A program made the position numbers and the translations under genes. From a virus (taxonomy: Duplodnaviria > Caudoviricetes): a DNA stretch of 61,208 nt. The notes under the pieces were generated by a model that worked only from the letters and a program-made list of their open reading frames with translations, ran no database searches and was not told where the DNA came from. The stretch covers positions 1-61,208 of IMG/VR virus record IMGVR_UViG_3300009085_000030; one strand, 5' to 3'. Positions 45,345 to 54,604 of this stretch are shown here, piece after piece. Position 1 is the first letter of the stretch; every line of letters starts with the position of its first letter.

Positions 45345-46021
45345 ACGCAGTAGTCCGCTGCGGTGTCTTTCACCAGTTCGAGGAACTCGTACTTGGCATC
45401 AGCGTGTCGGATGTCCACCCGCACACCGCCACGGTCGATGACGCGCTTGTAGCAGAGCTGGACTCGGTAGTAGTCGTCCCGTATGTTCTTCTCGATCTTG
45501 GCCGCTCGGTCGCCCTCGGTGTCTTGCCCCCGGGCAGCGCGGCGCTTCGTCACACGCTTGATGCACTTCTCAACCGGCGTGTCGAGGAACGCGTTCACGT
45601 ACCGCTCGCCCCAGCGCGGATGTACGTACTCACCCAGTGCGCCCCAGGAGTGTGCGAGGAGCAAGCCCTCGAAGACGACGATGCTGTTTTCCTTGCTGCC
45701 GTACCGCTCGACCAGATCGATGGTTTCCTGCACCGTGGGGATGGTGTCGCACCCGCCAGCGCTACGTTCGGGGCTGTAGTCGCCCAGGATGTACGTCGTG
45801 ACGCGGCGCATGCCGGCGTGTGCTTCGATCTCGAGCGTGCCCCGGTACACGCGGACCTTGCGGCCGCGCTCATCGAATCGGTACGGCTCGGCGTCTACCG
45901 CATCGAACAGGGCGCGCATCGCCGTGGTCTTACCGCTGCCGCTGGTGCCGCGCAACTGGACGACGGCGCTGCTCTTGATGCGTTTGCCGGGGACCGTGGT
46001 CGCGGCTACTTTACGTCCCAT
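45341..46021 (-). CDS. P-loop kinase of thymidine hypermodification clusters (candidate 5-hmdU/5-PmdU DNA kinase)
   Basis: Walker A LRGTSGSGKTT, GGCDTI, VVFEGLL and FLDTPVEKCIKRV..RR, located within the hmdU cluster. Confidence 0.75.
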   Translation of the reverse strand: MGRKVAATTVPGKRIKSSAVVQLRGTSGSGKTTAMRALFDAVDAEPYRFDERGRKVRVYRGTLEIEAHAGMRRVTTYILGDYSPERSAGGCDTIPTVQETIDLVERYGSKENSIVVFEGLLLAHSWGALGEYVHPRWGERYVNAFLDTPVEKCIKRVTKRRAARGQDTEGDRAAKIEKNIRDDYYRVQLCYKRVIDRGGVRVDIRHADAKYEFLELVKDTAADYCV

Positions 46022-46229
46022 GCTTCTTCTCCTTTTTGCGTTTCGGGTTGGGGTTCTTGAGTATCTTGATGATATGGTCGGCGCGCATGACCCGAGTACG
46101 GGCGGCGCCGATCAGCTCTTGGATGGCTTCGCAGTTGTGGTTCTGGATCTGCTCGGGCTCCGACCATCGTAGGACGATGAAGCAGTGCGGGCAGGTCCAG
46201 TACGCGTGCGTCCCAGCGGTGCCGACCAT
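46011..46229 (-). CDS. Small Zn-finger-like protein
   Basis: WTCPHC...HNC motif; fills the gap between neighbouring genes. Confidence 0.4.
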   Translation of the reverse strand: MVGTAGTHAYWTCPHCFIVLRWSEPEQIQNHNCEAIQELIGAARTRVMRADHIIKILKNPNPKRKKEKKHGT

Positions 46230-46233
46230 GGCG

Positions 46234-47103
46234 CTACTCCGTGAGCGAGTCAAGGATTTGGTTGAGCTGGGCCTCCTTGTACGGCGACAGTTCCAGCAGC
46301 GTACCGGCCATCTCCTTTGCGGTGTCGCTGGTGGCGGCGCGCAGGCGCATCACCGCCTTGGCCGTACGCGTACCGTAGATGTAGCTGCCGCTGGACATTT
46401 GCTTGTAGACGCAGCACACGGTCTCGGCTTCCTGGATGCCGAACTTGCGCGCCCGCGTCGTGCGGGGTGGGATGTTGTTCTTGCGGCCGAAGTCCGATAC
46501 ACCGTCGTAGATGTACGCGACGACTTCCTTGTCCGGCACGAAGCCTATCTCGCCATTGACGCTTCCCATCTCGTATATCAAATGTGCGCCTTGCTGCGGC
46601 AGCTTGGGGCTGTGCTTCTCGCTACCAGTCATGTCGACGGCGCCGAACCCGAGGACTTCGTGCAGGTCGCACCACTTCCAGTAGAAGTAATCACCATACT
46701 GGACCACCTGCTTGCCTTGACGGCGGATGTCGAAGTACGTATGCCCGTCGCACATGAAATCGGCCAGCGCCTCCGGCTTCGGCCAGACGCTGCGCCATTG
46801 AGCCAATGCCTTCAGCCCCTGCTGGCCGCGGAAGTGCCTGCGCTCGGTGGCACGCTTCGCCGTCGGGTAGATTTTCTCGAGGTAGTCCCAGAAGCGCTTG
46901 CCCTGGTACTGACTGGCGTCAGCAGCGATGCCGAGATTGTAGTAGGAACACCACGCCACCGCAGCGCGGAGCCGCTGCGACCAGTCCAGCCCAGTATGCT
47001 GGAGTGCATAGTAGCCGGGGTCTGCATCCCACTCCTTGTAGATGCGCTCGGTGAACGTCGTCCAGTGGTCGAGTTCTTGCAGTGAGGGTTTTCTGTACGC
47101 CAC
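46234..47103 (-). CDS. Amino acid:DNA transferase (aGPT-Pplase2/ADDT-like)
   Basis: DADPGY, AWCSYYNLG, RATERRHFRG, YGDYFYWKWCD and IQEAETVCCVYK motifs; AGGAG RBS. Confidence 0.8.
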   Translation of the reverse strand: MAYRKPSLQELDHWTTFTERIYKEWDADPGYYALQHTGLDWSQRLRAAVAWCSYYNLGIAADASQYQGKRFWDYLEKIYPTAKRATERRHFRGQQGLKALAQWRSVWPKPEALADFMCDGHTYFDIRRQGKQVVQYGDYFYWKWCDLHEVLGFGAVDMTGSEKHSPKLPQQGAHLIYEMGSVNGEIGFVPDKEVVAYIYDGVSDFGRKNNIPPRTTRARKFGIQEAETVCCVYKQMSSGSYIYGTRTAKAVMRLRAATSDTAKEMAGTLLELSPYKEAQLNQILDSLTE

Positions 47104-47105
47104 GG

Positions 47106-47276
47106 TTATCTCCTAAAGAATAGGTACTTCAAGGTGACCTGTGTGAACATGCCTGAGACAACCCCTGCACAGAAGTGTTCCCAGATCGTACCTTCGTCTA
47201 CAGCCATTGAGCGCAGCACTACATACCCTGGGATAGACAGAGCTATGAGCACTATCGAGCCTACGAGGTATTTCAC
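47106..47276 (-). CDS. 56-aa two-TM membrane peptide
   Basis: GTG start with AAGGAG RBS: MKYLVGSIVLIALSIPGYVVL...VVSGMFTQVTLKYLFFRR. Not in the ORF track. Confidence 0.45.
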   Translation of the reverse strand: MKYLVGSIVLIALSIPGYVVLRSMAVDEGTIWEHFCAGVVSGMFTQVTLKYLFFRR

Positions 47277-47321
47277 GATTCTCCTTTCGTTGTTGGGTAC
47301 AGCTATTGTACCGACCGCGTA

Positions 47322-48266
47322 CTATGAACGACTAGCCTTCGGGGGATAGCTGTTCTTGGCGTGACCGCCATTCTTCACGCGGATGTACTTGCCCAGTTCG
47401 CACAGCGTGTTCTGAATGTCGTGCGCTTCCAGGCCCAGAGCGCGGAATACCTTGCCGACCTCTGGGTGCTTGCGTGCGATGAAGATCAGCGTCGGAAGGA
47501 ACTGGAGGAATTGCCGCTCGGTCAGGTCGCTGCCGCGCCCAGCCATGTCATTTGGCGACGACAGGCCCAGCAGGTACTTCATGCCCCGGCTCGAACCCGG
47601 GCCGGGGGGCGCCCAGACCATGCGGTCGAGCCAGCAGTCATCATCGTCGGGGCGGAACACCCAACGCAGGTCCGCCACTACCTGCCCAGCCATGAAGCCG
47701 CCGATGCCGGGCAACGCATGCAGATGCTTGGCTGTCTTCTGCATGCTGCTGCTATCAAGATAGTGGAACGGTCTGGTCCGAACGCACTTGTCAATGGCTT
47801 TGAGTACTTGCTCGATCTTCGGCCCGCCCGAGGCGCCGTTGATGATGTACGCATTGGTGAAGACCGGCGTGCCAGACTCCTTGACTTCGTACATGCGCTT
47901 CAGCACGCGTTCGTATTTCCAACCGCTGAACGGGTTACCGCCGGTAATGTGTGCCAGCGTCTCGGTTCGGTTGATCATGCGCGCCATCAACGCCGCGGCC
48001 ATCAACTGCGGCGCTGGCATCTCGTGTGCTATCGCCGGGTCCGGGTACCAGTTCTTCATCAGCCAGATGCTGACCTTGTCATCCATGCGCCGCACGTTGC
48101 ACCAGCGGGTGCCGGCCAGGATTGGGTCTGGGCTAAACACCGTCCGAGTGGGGTCCTTGTTCGCGGCCTTACGCTTACGCATGGCTTCGCGCTCGATAAT
48201 CCAGTACGCCCATTCAGCGATGCGCTCGGGGACGAAGGGGCCGGCGGTTCCGGGCGTGTCAGACAT
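47322..48266 (-). CDS. aGPT-Pplase1 / 5-hmdU DNA kinase helical (HhH-glycosylase-fold) domain protein
   Basis: WIIEREAMR...DPILAGTRWCNVRRMDD, FTNAYII, LPGIGGFMAGQVVADL, GPGSSRG and DIQNTLCELGKY. GAGGAG RBS before the ATG at 48266. Confidence 0.82.
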   Translation of the reverse strand: MSDTPGTAGPFVPERIAEWAYWIIEREAMRKRKAANKDPTRTVFSPDPILAGTRWCNVRRMDDKVSIWLMKNWYPDPAIAHEMPAPQLMAAALMARMINRTETLAHITGGNPFSGWKYERVLKRMYEVKESGTPVFTNAYIINGASGGPKIEQVLKAIDKCVRTRPFHYLDSSSMQKTAKHLHALPGIGGFMAGQVVADLRWVFRPDDDDCWLDRMVWAPPGPGSSRGMKYLLGLSSPNDMAGRGSDLTERQFLQFLPTLIFIARKHPEVGKVFRALGLEAHDIQNTLCELGKYIRVKNGGHAKNSYPPKASRS

Positions 48267-49671
48267 GGTTGCTCCTCTTAGTGCGTTGGTCGTAATACCG
48301 CTTGAACAGGTTGCTGATGCGCTGCTGTCGCGCACCGTGGCCTTCCAAGGCTTCGAGCACCACTTCGTCCACAGTGTCGCGGGCGAGGATGATGTAGTTG
48401 TAGACCTTCTTGCTCTGGCCGCTGCGGCGCAGCCGGCCGATGGTCTGGTCGTAGAACAGCCTCGAGAACGTGGCGCCGAACCACGCCAGCATGTGTCCAC
48501 CCTTTTGCAGGTTGAGCCCATACTTGGAATTTGCCGGGTGCAGGACCAGCCCGGGTATCTTGCCGCGGTTCCACTGCTCGACTAGGGTCTCGATGTGCTT
48601 CTTGTCGAACTCCTTGAACTTCGGGAACGCGGCCAGCAGGCGCGGTATGTCGTGGCGGAACTGGTACGGCACCAGGATGGGCGCACCGTAGGTCTCGGCC
48701 ACGATCTCGCGCAGGGCGTCCAGCTTGGCATCGTGCACTGGGCGCCATGACCGGGCGCCTGTCTCGATGTTTGTTGTGAAGATCGCGCCGTTGGCGATCT
48801 GGCGGCACTTGATCGACAGGCTGGCGGCGGTCTCGGCTACTGCTTCTTCGTCGCCGTCGAGCGCGAAGTTCTCGAACTGTAGAAACATCTCCTCTTCCAT
48901 GCGGTTGTACAGTTCGCGGGCCTGCGGCGGCAGGTCCACCCATATCGGCACCGTGACCAGCTTGGGCACTTCTATCCAATCTTCGGCGGCGAGCCGCACC
49001 ACGCGAGGGGACATGGCTCCGGCGATGACTTCTTCAGACCCGTCCTTGGGCTCGAACTTCTTGCCCATGTATCCAGTCTTGTAGAAGTGGTTTGCGCGAA
49101 AGTCGGTGAACTGCTGACCCAGGCTCGCGCCGAAGTCCGCCAAGTACATCTGCGGCCAGACCTGCAACATGCTGCGGGGCGTCGGCGTGCCGGTCATTAC
49201 GTACCGACGCTTGAAGTGGCGCAAGCCTTTGCGCAGGGCGCGGAACCGCACGGCCCGTTGATCGGTGAACTCGGTCGACTCGTCCACCAGCAGCATGGTC
49301 CACGGCCAGGGCTTGCGGCCCAGCACCCCGGCCATCCACTTGAGGCCCTCGGGGTTGATCATGTGGATGTGGGCGGGCGCACGCAGCGCGGCCATCCGTT
49401 CGGCGGGCTTGCCGTGCACCAGCGAGAACTTCAGCTTGCGCGTGTGTTCCCACTCGCGGGCCTCTTGCCGCCACACTGCCTGGATGACGCGGATGGGCGC
49501 GACCAGCAGCACCGAGTCGATCTCGCCAGAGACAAGCATGTCGAGTATCGCAGTCAGCGCGATGATCGTTTTGCCCAACCCCATGTCGATGAAGAGCGCG
49601 CCATAGCGCCGCTTCTTCATGAAGCCGACTGCGCGGCGCTGATACCCGCGCAGTTCGAGCCTAGTCCGCAT
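48259..49671 (-). CDS. SNF2-family helicase
   Basis: LRGYQ, DMGLGKT, LVDES, MTGTP, GLNLQ and QTIGRLRRSGQ motifs. Confidence 0.92.
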   Translation of the reverse strand: MRTRLELRGYQRRAVGFMKKRRYGALFIDMGLGKTIIALTAILDMLVSGEIDSVLLVAPIRVIQAVWRQEAREWEHTRKLKFSLVHGKPAERMAALRAPAHIHMINPEGLKWMAGVLGRKPWPWTMLLVDESTEFTDQRAVRFRALRKGLRHFKRRYVMTGTPTPRSMLQVWPQMYLADFGASLGQQFTDFRANHFYKTGYMGKKFEPKDGSEEVIAGAMSPRVVRLAAEDWIEVPKLVTVPIWVDLPPQARELYNRMEEEMFLQFENFALDGDEEAVAETAASLSIKCRQIANGAIFTTNIETGARSWRPVHDAKLDALREIVAETYGAPILVPYQFRHDIPRLLAAFPKFKEFDKKHIETLVEQWNRGKIPGLVLHPANSKYGLNLQKGGHMLAWFGATFSRLFYDQTIGRLRRSGQSKKVYNYIILARDTVDEVVLEALEGHGARQQRISNLFKRYYDQRTKRSNHV

Positions 49672-49951
49672 GGAGATGCTTCCTCGCGGCTTCGTAGTAC
49701 GCCTCCATGGAGTCCTCGGCGTCCATGCCGGGCAGCAGGTTACTCTCGGGCACTTCGACAAACTGCTTGAGCGCCAGCGTAGTCATGACTATGCCGAGGC
49801 AGTAAATCTTCTTGGCGTACTGGGGGTGCTGGGCGTCAATGCAAAACTGCTTCATGGCCGCGTCGAAGTCGGCGGCTATTTGTTCTTCGCCGGCGCGAAG
49901 AGCTTTGTTCGTGGGCATCGTGGGTGTCGGGTAGGGGTTGTAGATTACCAC
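49661..49951 (-). CDS. Hypothetical protein
   Basis: ORF between VRR-NUC and the helicase. Start uncertain. Confidence 0.45.
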   Translation of the reverse strand: MVIYNPYPTPTMPTNKALRAGEEQIAADFDAAMKQFCIDAQHPQYAKKIYCLGIVMTTLALKQFVEVPESNLLPGMDAEDSMEAYYEAARKHLHAD

Positions 49952-50002
49952 CGGTAACCAGCATCCGGCGGCAAGGGGTGCCCATTGTAGCCAACTTTAC
50001 AG

Positions 50003-50395
50003 TCAACGTAAAGTTGTGACCATCGGTGTGGGTGGCATGTTGTGAGGCCCGACCTTCACGACGTCATCAATGTACGCGTCGACCAGTTCGCGGGTATTCA
50101 CTACACGCACGACGAACCCCATCTTCCGCAGGTTGGCATGGCACCGGAGTTGCAGCGGCTCGAAACGCCCACCCCGGGGGCGCTTGACTTCCAGCCAGTG
50201 GGTGCACCCTGGGAAGCCGAAAGAGTTTGTGTCGAACAGAGCGACGCGGTCCGGCCAGCCGCGCCAGCCTGGACCACCGATCTTCTTCACGACGACAAGC
50301 CGGTACGGGAAGGTGGTCCGCATCGCCTTGAGGCGCGTGACCAAGTGCTTCTCGATTACCGACTCGCGTACGTCTGCATCAGGCTGCTTCGGCAC
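50003..50395 (-). CDS. VRR-NUC domain nuclease
   Basis: RESVIEKHL, GWPDRV and WLEVKRPRGG...LQ...H..LRKMGFVVRVV motifs. Confidence 0.88.
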   Translation of the reverse strand: MPKQPDADVRESVIEKHLVTRLKAMRTTFPYRLVVVKKIGGPGWRGWPDRVALFDTNSFGFPGCTHWLEVKRPRGGRFEPLQLRCHANLRKMGFVVRVVNTRELVDAYIDDVVKVGPHNMPPTPMVTTLR

Positions 50396-50696
50396 TTTCT
50401 TCCTCGACGGGCAGCAGCGCCGCCATGGCGTGTGTCTCGATTTCGCGGCGCAGGTTGCTGAACCGCTTGTACAGCCGGTCCATGATATGCGGGCGCGGAC
50501 CTTCTTCGCGGTTCAGCTCGATGTGCATATATTGCCGGCACACCGTCAGGCTCGCTTCGTCGGCTTGCAGCCGCGCCAGTTCCGGGTGCAGCAGGAACCA
50601 GTTGCGACACGCGTGCGTCATGAACGCCAGTTGCGTCTTCTTGGGCGGCACCACTTCCAGCAGTGCGGTGAATTTCTGGTAATCACGCTTGTTCAT
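50379..50696 (-). CDS. Hypothetical protein (MNKRDYQKF...)
   Basis: AAGGAG RBS right after the polymerase stop codon. Confidence 0.55.
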   Translation of the reverse strand: MNKRDYQKFTALLEVVPPKKTQLAFMTHACRNWFLLHPELARLQADEASLTVCRQYMHIELNREEGPRPHIMDRLYKRFSNLRREIETHAMAALLPVEEESAEAA

Positions 50697-50706
50697 GGCT
50701 CTCTCC

Positions 50707-52704
50707 TTACTTGCGGTACCTGGGGCCTTCCCAGCCTTCCGCGTTAACTGGGCAGTCTGTCGCCCACTTCGGTTTCTTACGCAGTATCTCTTCGAGTTCG
50801 TGCGCGCTACCGAAGTCTTCCGGCACCAGCGCAATCAACTCGTCGTGCACGGTGCCAACGATCTCGTACCCCTTGGCTTCGGCGTTGAAGCACGCGTTCA
50901 CCATCAAGTCGCGAGCGATAGCCTGCACGATATTCTCTACTAGCTTGCCACCATAAGTCCCTTCCCTAACCCACTTGCCCTTGATCTCGCTACGGAAGGT
51001 CAGCTTGTTGACCATCTTCCGGTAGCGCAGCACCTTCTGGACCTCGGGGTACGGGTACCGCAACAGGCGCCCGCTGGGCAGCTTGATGCAGAGCCATATC
51101 CCGTCGACAAAGAATGCCAGTTGTTGCCAGTATACAGGCTTGGTAATAGACGCGCTAGTGGACACCGCACGAATGGCGCTTTCCTCTACACCGGCCCACA
51201 TCTTCACGACCATGGGGTTCTCGTCGCGGTAGGTTCCGATACCGGCCTTGGCCTCTTCTTCAGTAACGACGATGCCGCGCTTCAAGCAGTTCGTGATGAA
51301 GCCTGCCCACCCAAGTTGGAAGCCGCTGCCCAGCCAGATGTCCTTGGCGAACTTGCGCTGTGGAGTAGATACTTCGTCTTCACTCTTCAGGTGGTACAGG
51401 CGCACCGCGAGACGCTTGTACATATCGGCGTTCTCATGGTACGCCTTGATGGCCCACATCTCGCGGGCCAGCCACACGACAACGCGAGCTTCAATGGCCG
51501 CGAAGTCCACCACGACAAACTTCATGCCGGGCGGGGCCTTGATGTACCCGCGCATGCCTTGCGCCAGAGCGTCGATGGGCCACTCATGGACGATCTCGAT
51601 GGCGTCCGGGTCGCACAACATCAACAGGTCGAACAGCGCGTACAGCTGATCCGGTGTGTACTCACCACGCGTGAAGTTCTGCGGCTGTATGAGCCGGCCC
51701 GCCAGCCGGCCGGTGCTGGCCCCCCAGTAGAGGAAGGCGCCGCGCACCCGCCCGTCGATGCAGACGACCTGGAGTATCTTCTTCAGCTTCTTGGTCGAAG
51801 CCTTGCCCCCTTCGATGCGGAGCAGCAGCAGTTCCTTGGTCTTGGGGTCGAGCTCATGGCCGCGCAACGCTACAAGGTCCTTGATGGTCTTGGACTGCGT
51901 GTTCTCCATCTCGAGGCCGAGCGAGTTGAAGAACTCCAGCATCTTGTCGCGTTGCGTCGGCCGAATGCCGCCGGTAATCTGCTCGACCTTGGCGACGACA
52001 CGCTTCTCGAGGACTTGCAGCACCTGGAAACCTGCCCGGACTGCGTCCATGTCGATGGGCAGGCCGCGCTGGTTCATCTTCTCGGTGTGACGGTAGACGC
52101 GCCACTCGTAGTCCGACAGGTCGGGCAGCACGGCATCTGCTTCGGCTTCAGTGTCTACGTCGGTGCCGCAGTAGTTGACGAAGCTGGCGAACTCCTCGGG
52201 CTTGTCGTCGGGGTAGATGCGCGTGGCGGGTATGTTCTTGGTGGGCTTGCGCGGCTTGCAGAAAATGTTGATGAGCCGGGTGCCCTCCTTGTCTTTGGTA
52301 ATGCGCAGCCGCAGCGCGGGGCCGAGGTTCGCCAGCGCCCGGGGCATGCCAGCGGCGGCGGCTTTGGCCGCAGTGCAGCGCCAGCGGCGGGGCGCTACCT
52401 GGGGGGCGCCGTGGCGGGCGACCAGTACGTTCTGCCAGATGCACGCCTCGAACTGCGCATTGTGGGCGGTGAGCGTGCCCTCTGTTTCCTCGATGTACTG
52501 GCGCAGGTCTTCGGGCAGTTCGGGGCCGTCACGGTGGGGCAGCCATGTCCGGTTGGTTTTCTTGCCCGGCATGCGGTACTTCATGATCAGCACTTCGCAT
52601 GACGGGTGTTCGCTGTACCGGTGCGCGCCGACTTGGCGGACATCCAGTTCGCAGTACGTTTCAAAGTCTAGATGCAGGGTTCGGTCCGACACGCAGCGCT
52701 CCAA
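50707..52704 (-). CDS. Phage family A DNA polymerase (APSE/SPO2-like)
   Basis: Exonuclease motifs LDFETY and AHNAQFE; polymerase motifs TGRLAG..IQPQN, DFAAIEARV, RKFAK..WLGSGF, ENIVQAIARD and VHDELI. Confidence 0.95.
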   Translation of the reverse strand: MERCVSDRTLHLDFETYCELDVRQVGAHRYSEHPSCEVLIMKYRMPGKKTNRTWLPHRDGPELPEDLRQYIEETEGTLTAHNAQFEACIWQNVLVARHGAPQVAPRRWRCTAAKAAAAGMPRALANLGPALRLRITKDKEGTRLINIFCKPRKPTKNIPATRIYPDDKPEEFASFVNYCGTDVDTEAEADAVLPDLSDYEWRVYRHTEKMNQRGLPIDMDAVRAGFQVLQVLEKRVVAKVEQITGGIRPTQRDKMLEFFNSLGLEMENTQSKTIKDLVALRGHELDPKTKELLLLRIEGGKASTKKLKKILQVVCIDGRVRGAFLYWGASTGRLAGRLIQPQNFTRGEYTPDQLYALFDLLMLCDPDAIEIVHEWPIDALAQGMRGYIKAPPGMKFVVVDFAAIEARVVVWLAREMWAIKAYHENADMYKRLAVRLYHLKSEDEVSTPQRKFAKDIWLGSGFQLGWAGFITNCLKRGIVVTEEEAKAGIGTYRDENPMVVKMWAGVEESAIRAVSTSASITKPVYWQQLAFFVDGIWLCIKLPSGRLLRYPYPEVQKVLRYRKMVNKLTFRSEIKGKWVREGTYGGKLVENIVQAIARDLMVNACFNAEAKGYEIVGTVHDELIALVPEDFGSAHELEEILRKKPKWATDCPVNAEGWEGPRYRK

Positions 52705-52705
52705 T

Positions 52706-52732
52706 TGAAAAAGGCCGGGTCTCCCCGGCCTT
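52706..52732 (-). terminator. Intrinsic terminator
   Basis: Stem aaggccggg/cccggcctt followed by a U-run on the minus strand. Confidence 0.65.
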
Positions 52733-52753
52733 GCCCCTTCCCAACCCAGCAGG

Positions 52754-53119
52754 TTAGACCGGCGGAGTGTCGGGTACCAGATCGTCCACGGCTTGCACAG
52801 TCGCCGCGAGAGTGGTGGTGCGAGCCTGCACCGCCTCGAGAGCGGCGTCGATCTCGGGCGTGGTGTTGGCGGCAGCTTCCACGGCTGCGGCCAGGGTTGA
52901 CACTTCGGACAGCAAGGCTTGCGTCTCGACGCCGATCTTGTTGACGCCAGCGTCGAGCGCAGTCAGTGCGGTGTCGATGCCCGTCAAGCGCTCGACCAGT
53001 TCAGCACGGTTCACGTTGAATGTCCTTTGCAATTCGTTGATGGGCGCGGCCACCGGTTGCAGTAGCCACGCACGGATGACTTCAGAGAGGGATGCCATTC
53101 GGGGTCTGGGCGCCGGCAT
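52754..53119 (-). CDS. Coiled-coil hypothetical protein
   Basis: Heptad-rich ORF ending ...VDDLVPDTPPV. Start uncertain. Confidence 0.5.
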   Translation of the reverse strand: MPAPRPRMASLSEVIRAWLLQPVAAPINELQRTFNVNRAELVERLTGIDTALTALDAGVNKIGVETQALLSEVSTLAAAVEAAANTTPEIDAALEAVQARTTTLAATVQAVDDLVPDTPPV

Positions 53120-53146
53120 TGTTGGGGCCGGCGCCCGGTGACCGCG

Positions 53147-53563
53147 TCAGACGGCGGCGCTGATGTAGACGATCTGGCCTTCGCGGCTCAGATCGATCTC
53201 GCCGGCATCGCGCATGGCGCGGGCGGTGCGGCGCACGCTGCGGATGTTGAAGCCGTTCGCTTCGGCAAAGTCACCGTAGCTGACAGCCTTCTTCACCTTC
53301 AGCAGTGCCTTGCGCAGCGCCGAGTCGGCGGCAGGCTTCTCGGCGGGCTCGGCCTTCGCAGCCGCCTTGGCCTTCTTGGCGGGCACAGCCGGGGTGGCGG
53401 GCGTGGCCTTCTTGGTGCCGCCCTTCTTCGGGGGCACAGCCGGGATGGCGGGCGTGGCCTTCTTGGTCTTCTTGGCGGGCGCAGCCGTGGTGTCTCCGTT
53501 GCCGTTGCCTTCCAGCATGGCGTCAACGTCGTTCTCGGCCGCAGCCTTGGTCTTCTTGGACAT
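53147..53563 (-). CDS. Lys/Ala/Pro-rich histone-like protein with C-terminal HTH-like domain
   Basis: Duplicated TKKATPA.PAVP repeats; C-terminal SYGDFAEANGFNIRSVRRTARAMRDAG; AGGAG RBS before the ATG at 53563. Confidence 0.6.
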   Translation of the reverse strand: MSKKTKAAAENDVDAMLEGNGNGDTTAAPAKKTKKATPAIPAVPPKKGGTKKATPATPAVPAKKAKAAAKAEPAEKPAADSALRKALLKVKKAVSYGDFAEANGFNIRSVRRTARAMRDAGEIDLSREGQIVYISAAV

Positions 53564-53624
53564 GGGTATCTCTCCTGTAGGAGTTGAGTTGTCGAAAATG
53601 GTGAAAGCGGGTTCGGTTGGGAGG

Positions 53625-54230
53625 TTAGATTTCGTCGTCGTCATCCCCCTCGTCTTCATCGTCACCGTCGATGGAGTCGAATTCTTCCTCGGCGTCGAGG
53701 CGTCCGGCGAGCTTCGGCCCGTCGCCAGTCTTCTGGCAGTTGTTCAGCAACAGCGTGACACCCTTGCTGCCGTCGGTGTCGTACGGCCAGACGCCGAACG
53801 ACACGCGCATCTTGCAGCCGGCGTAGATCTCGCTCTCCTTCATGATGGGCTGGGCGCGACGGTCGACAATGCCGGGGGCGGTGTTCGACTTGAAGTTGAT
53901 CATCACCGCGCCTTCCACATCGAAGGGTGCGCCGTATTCGTCATAGTCGCTGGCGAGGCGCCAGGGCATCGCGATCTTGCCGGACTTGATGCGCTCGCGG
54001 GTCTTGTCGACGCCGAACTTGGCTTCCGCGGCTTCGATGCACGCGAGCTTGAGGGCCTTCATCTCGGGGGACTTGGCCGCGTCCTTGTCGAACACCAGCA
54101 GCACTGAATACTGCGGGTCCTTGGCGGGCTTGCTCTTCGTCGCAGGGAAAGCAAACGGCTTGAACAGGTGGACGAACGTCGCCGTACCGATGGGCGACTG
54201 GAGCGACTTGCGCTCCTTCTTATCTGCCAT
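53625..54230 (-). CDS. DUF2815 single-stranded DNA-binding protein
   Basis: FVHLFKP, YSVLLVFDK, PGIVD, EIYAGC..R, KGVTLLLNNCQK..DG and an acidic tail. Confidence 0.88.
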   Translation of the reverse strand: MADKKERKSLQSPIGTATFVHLFKPFAFPATKSKPAKDPQYSVLLVFDKDAAKSPEMKALKLACIEAAEAKFGVDKTRERIKSGKIAMPWRLASDYDEYGAPFDVEGAVMINFKSNTAPGIVDRRAQPIMKESEIYAGCKMRVSFGVWPYDTDGSKGVTLLLNNCQKTGDGPKLAGRLDAEEEFDSIDGDDEDEGDDDDEI

Positions 54231-54290
54231 GTGGTGCTCCTAGGGTTGGGGTGGTGAAGTGGTACTGTACCCACTTCCTAAACGACTCAC

Positions 54291-54604
54291 AAGGAGTATT
54301 TTAGGAAGCACCCCGCCGTGCGTACCTGCCGTGCGAGGAAGCTTCGGGCGGCTGAGCCCCGCGCTGTTCTACGTTCGAACGAAAACGATTAACAAAGTTC
54401 CTGTCGCTCTACCGCTAAGCTAGCATCCCTTGGAACACCCAGACGGGCGCTGTGGAGGGACGCACAGGGATCGAACCTGTGTCTACAGGAAACATGGTTG
54501 TCGTAGTCAGTGCGCTTCACGATACCGATGTCAAGGCAAGTCAATAACGACAGGGTCAGTGACTATAGCGACAACGATAACGCAGCCTTGAACCTGTACT
54601 CCTT
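54291..54604 (-). ncRNA. Candidate structured ncRNA with a circularly permuted tRNA-like domain
   Basis: Minus strand reads TTCCTGT-AGAC-ACAGG TTCGATC CCTGT-GCGTCCC-T-CCA (54491-54453), a 23-nt linker, then GGGATGC-TA-GCTT AGCGGTA GAGC-G-ACAGGAA (54429-54398). The element is closed by an 8-bp stem AAGGAGTA/TACTCCTT. Confidence 0.75.

Noticed and set aside
54398-54491. Canonical tRNA gene
   Set aside because: The halves are in reversed order and there is no anticodon loop, so it cannot be a standard linear tRNA. Kept as a permuted tRNA-like element.
54291-54604. Two-piece tmRNA (ssrA)
   Set aside because: It has a true D-stem, G3-C70 rather than G3-U70, and a U discriminator. No ANDN...AA-like tag frame and no smpB were seen.
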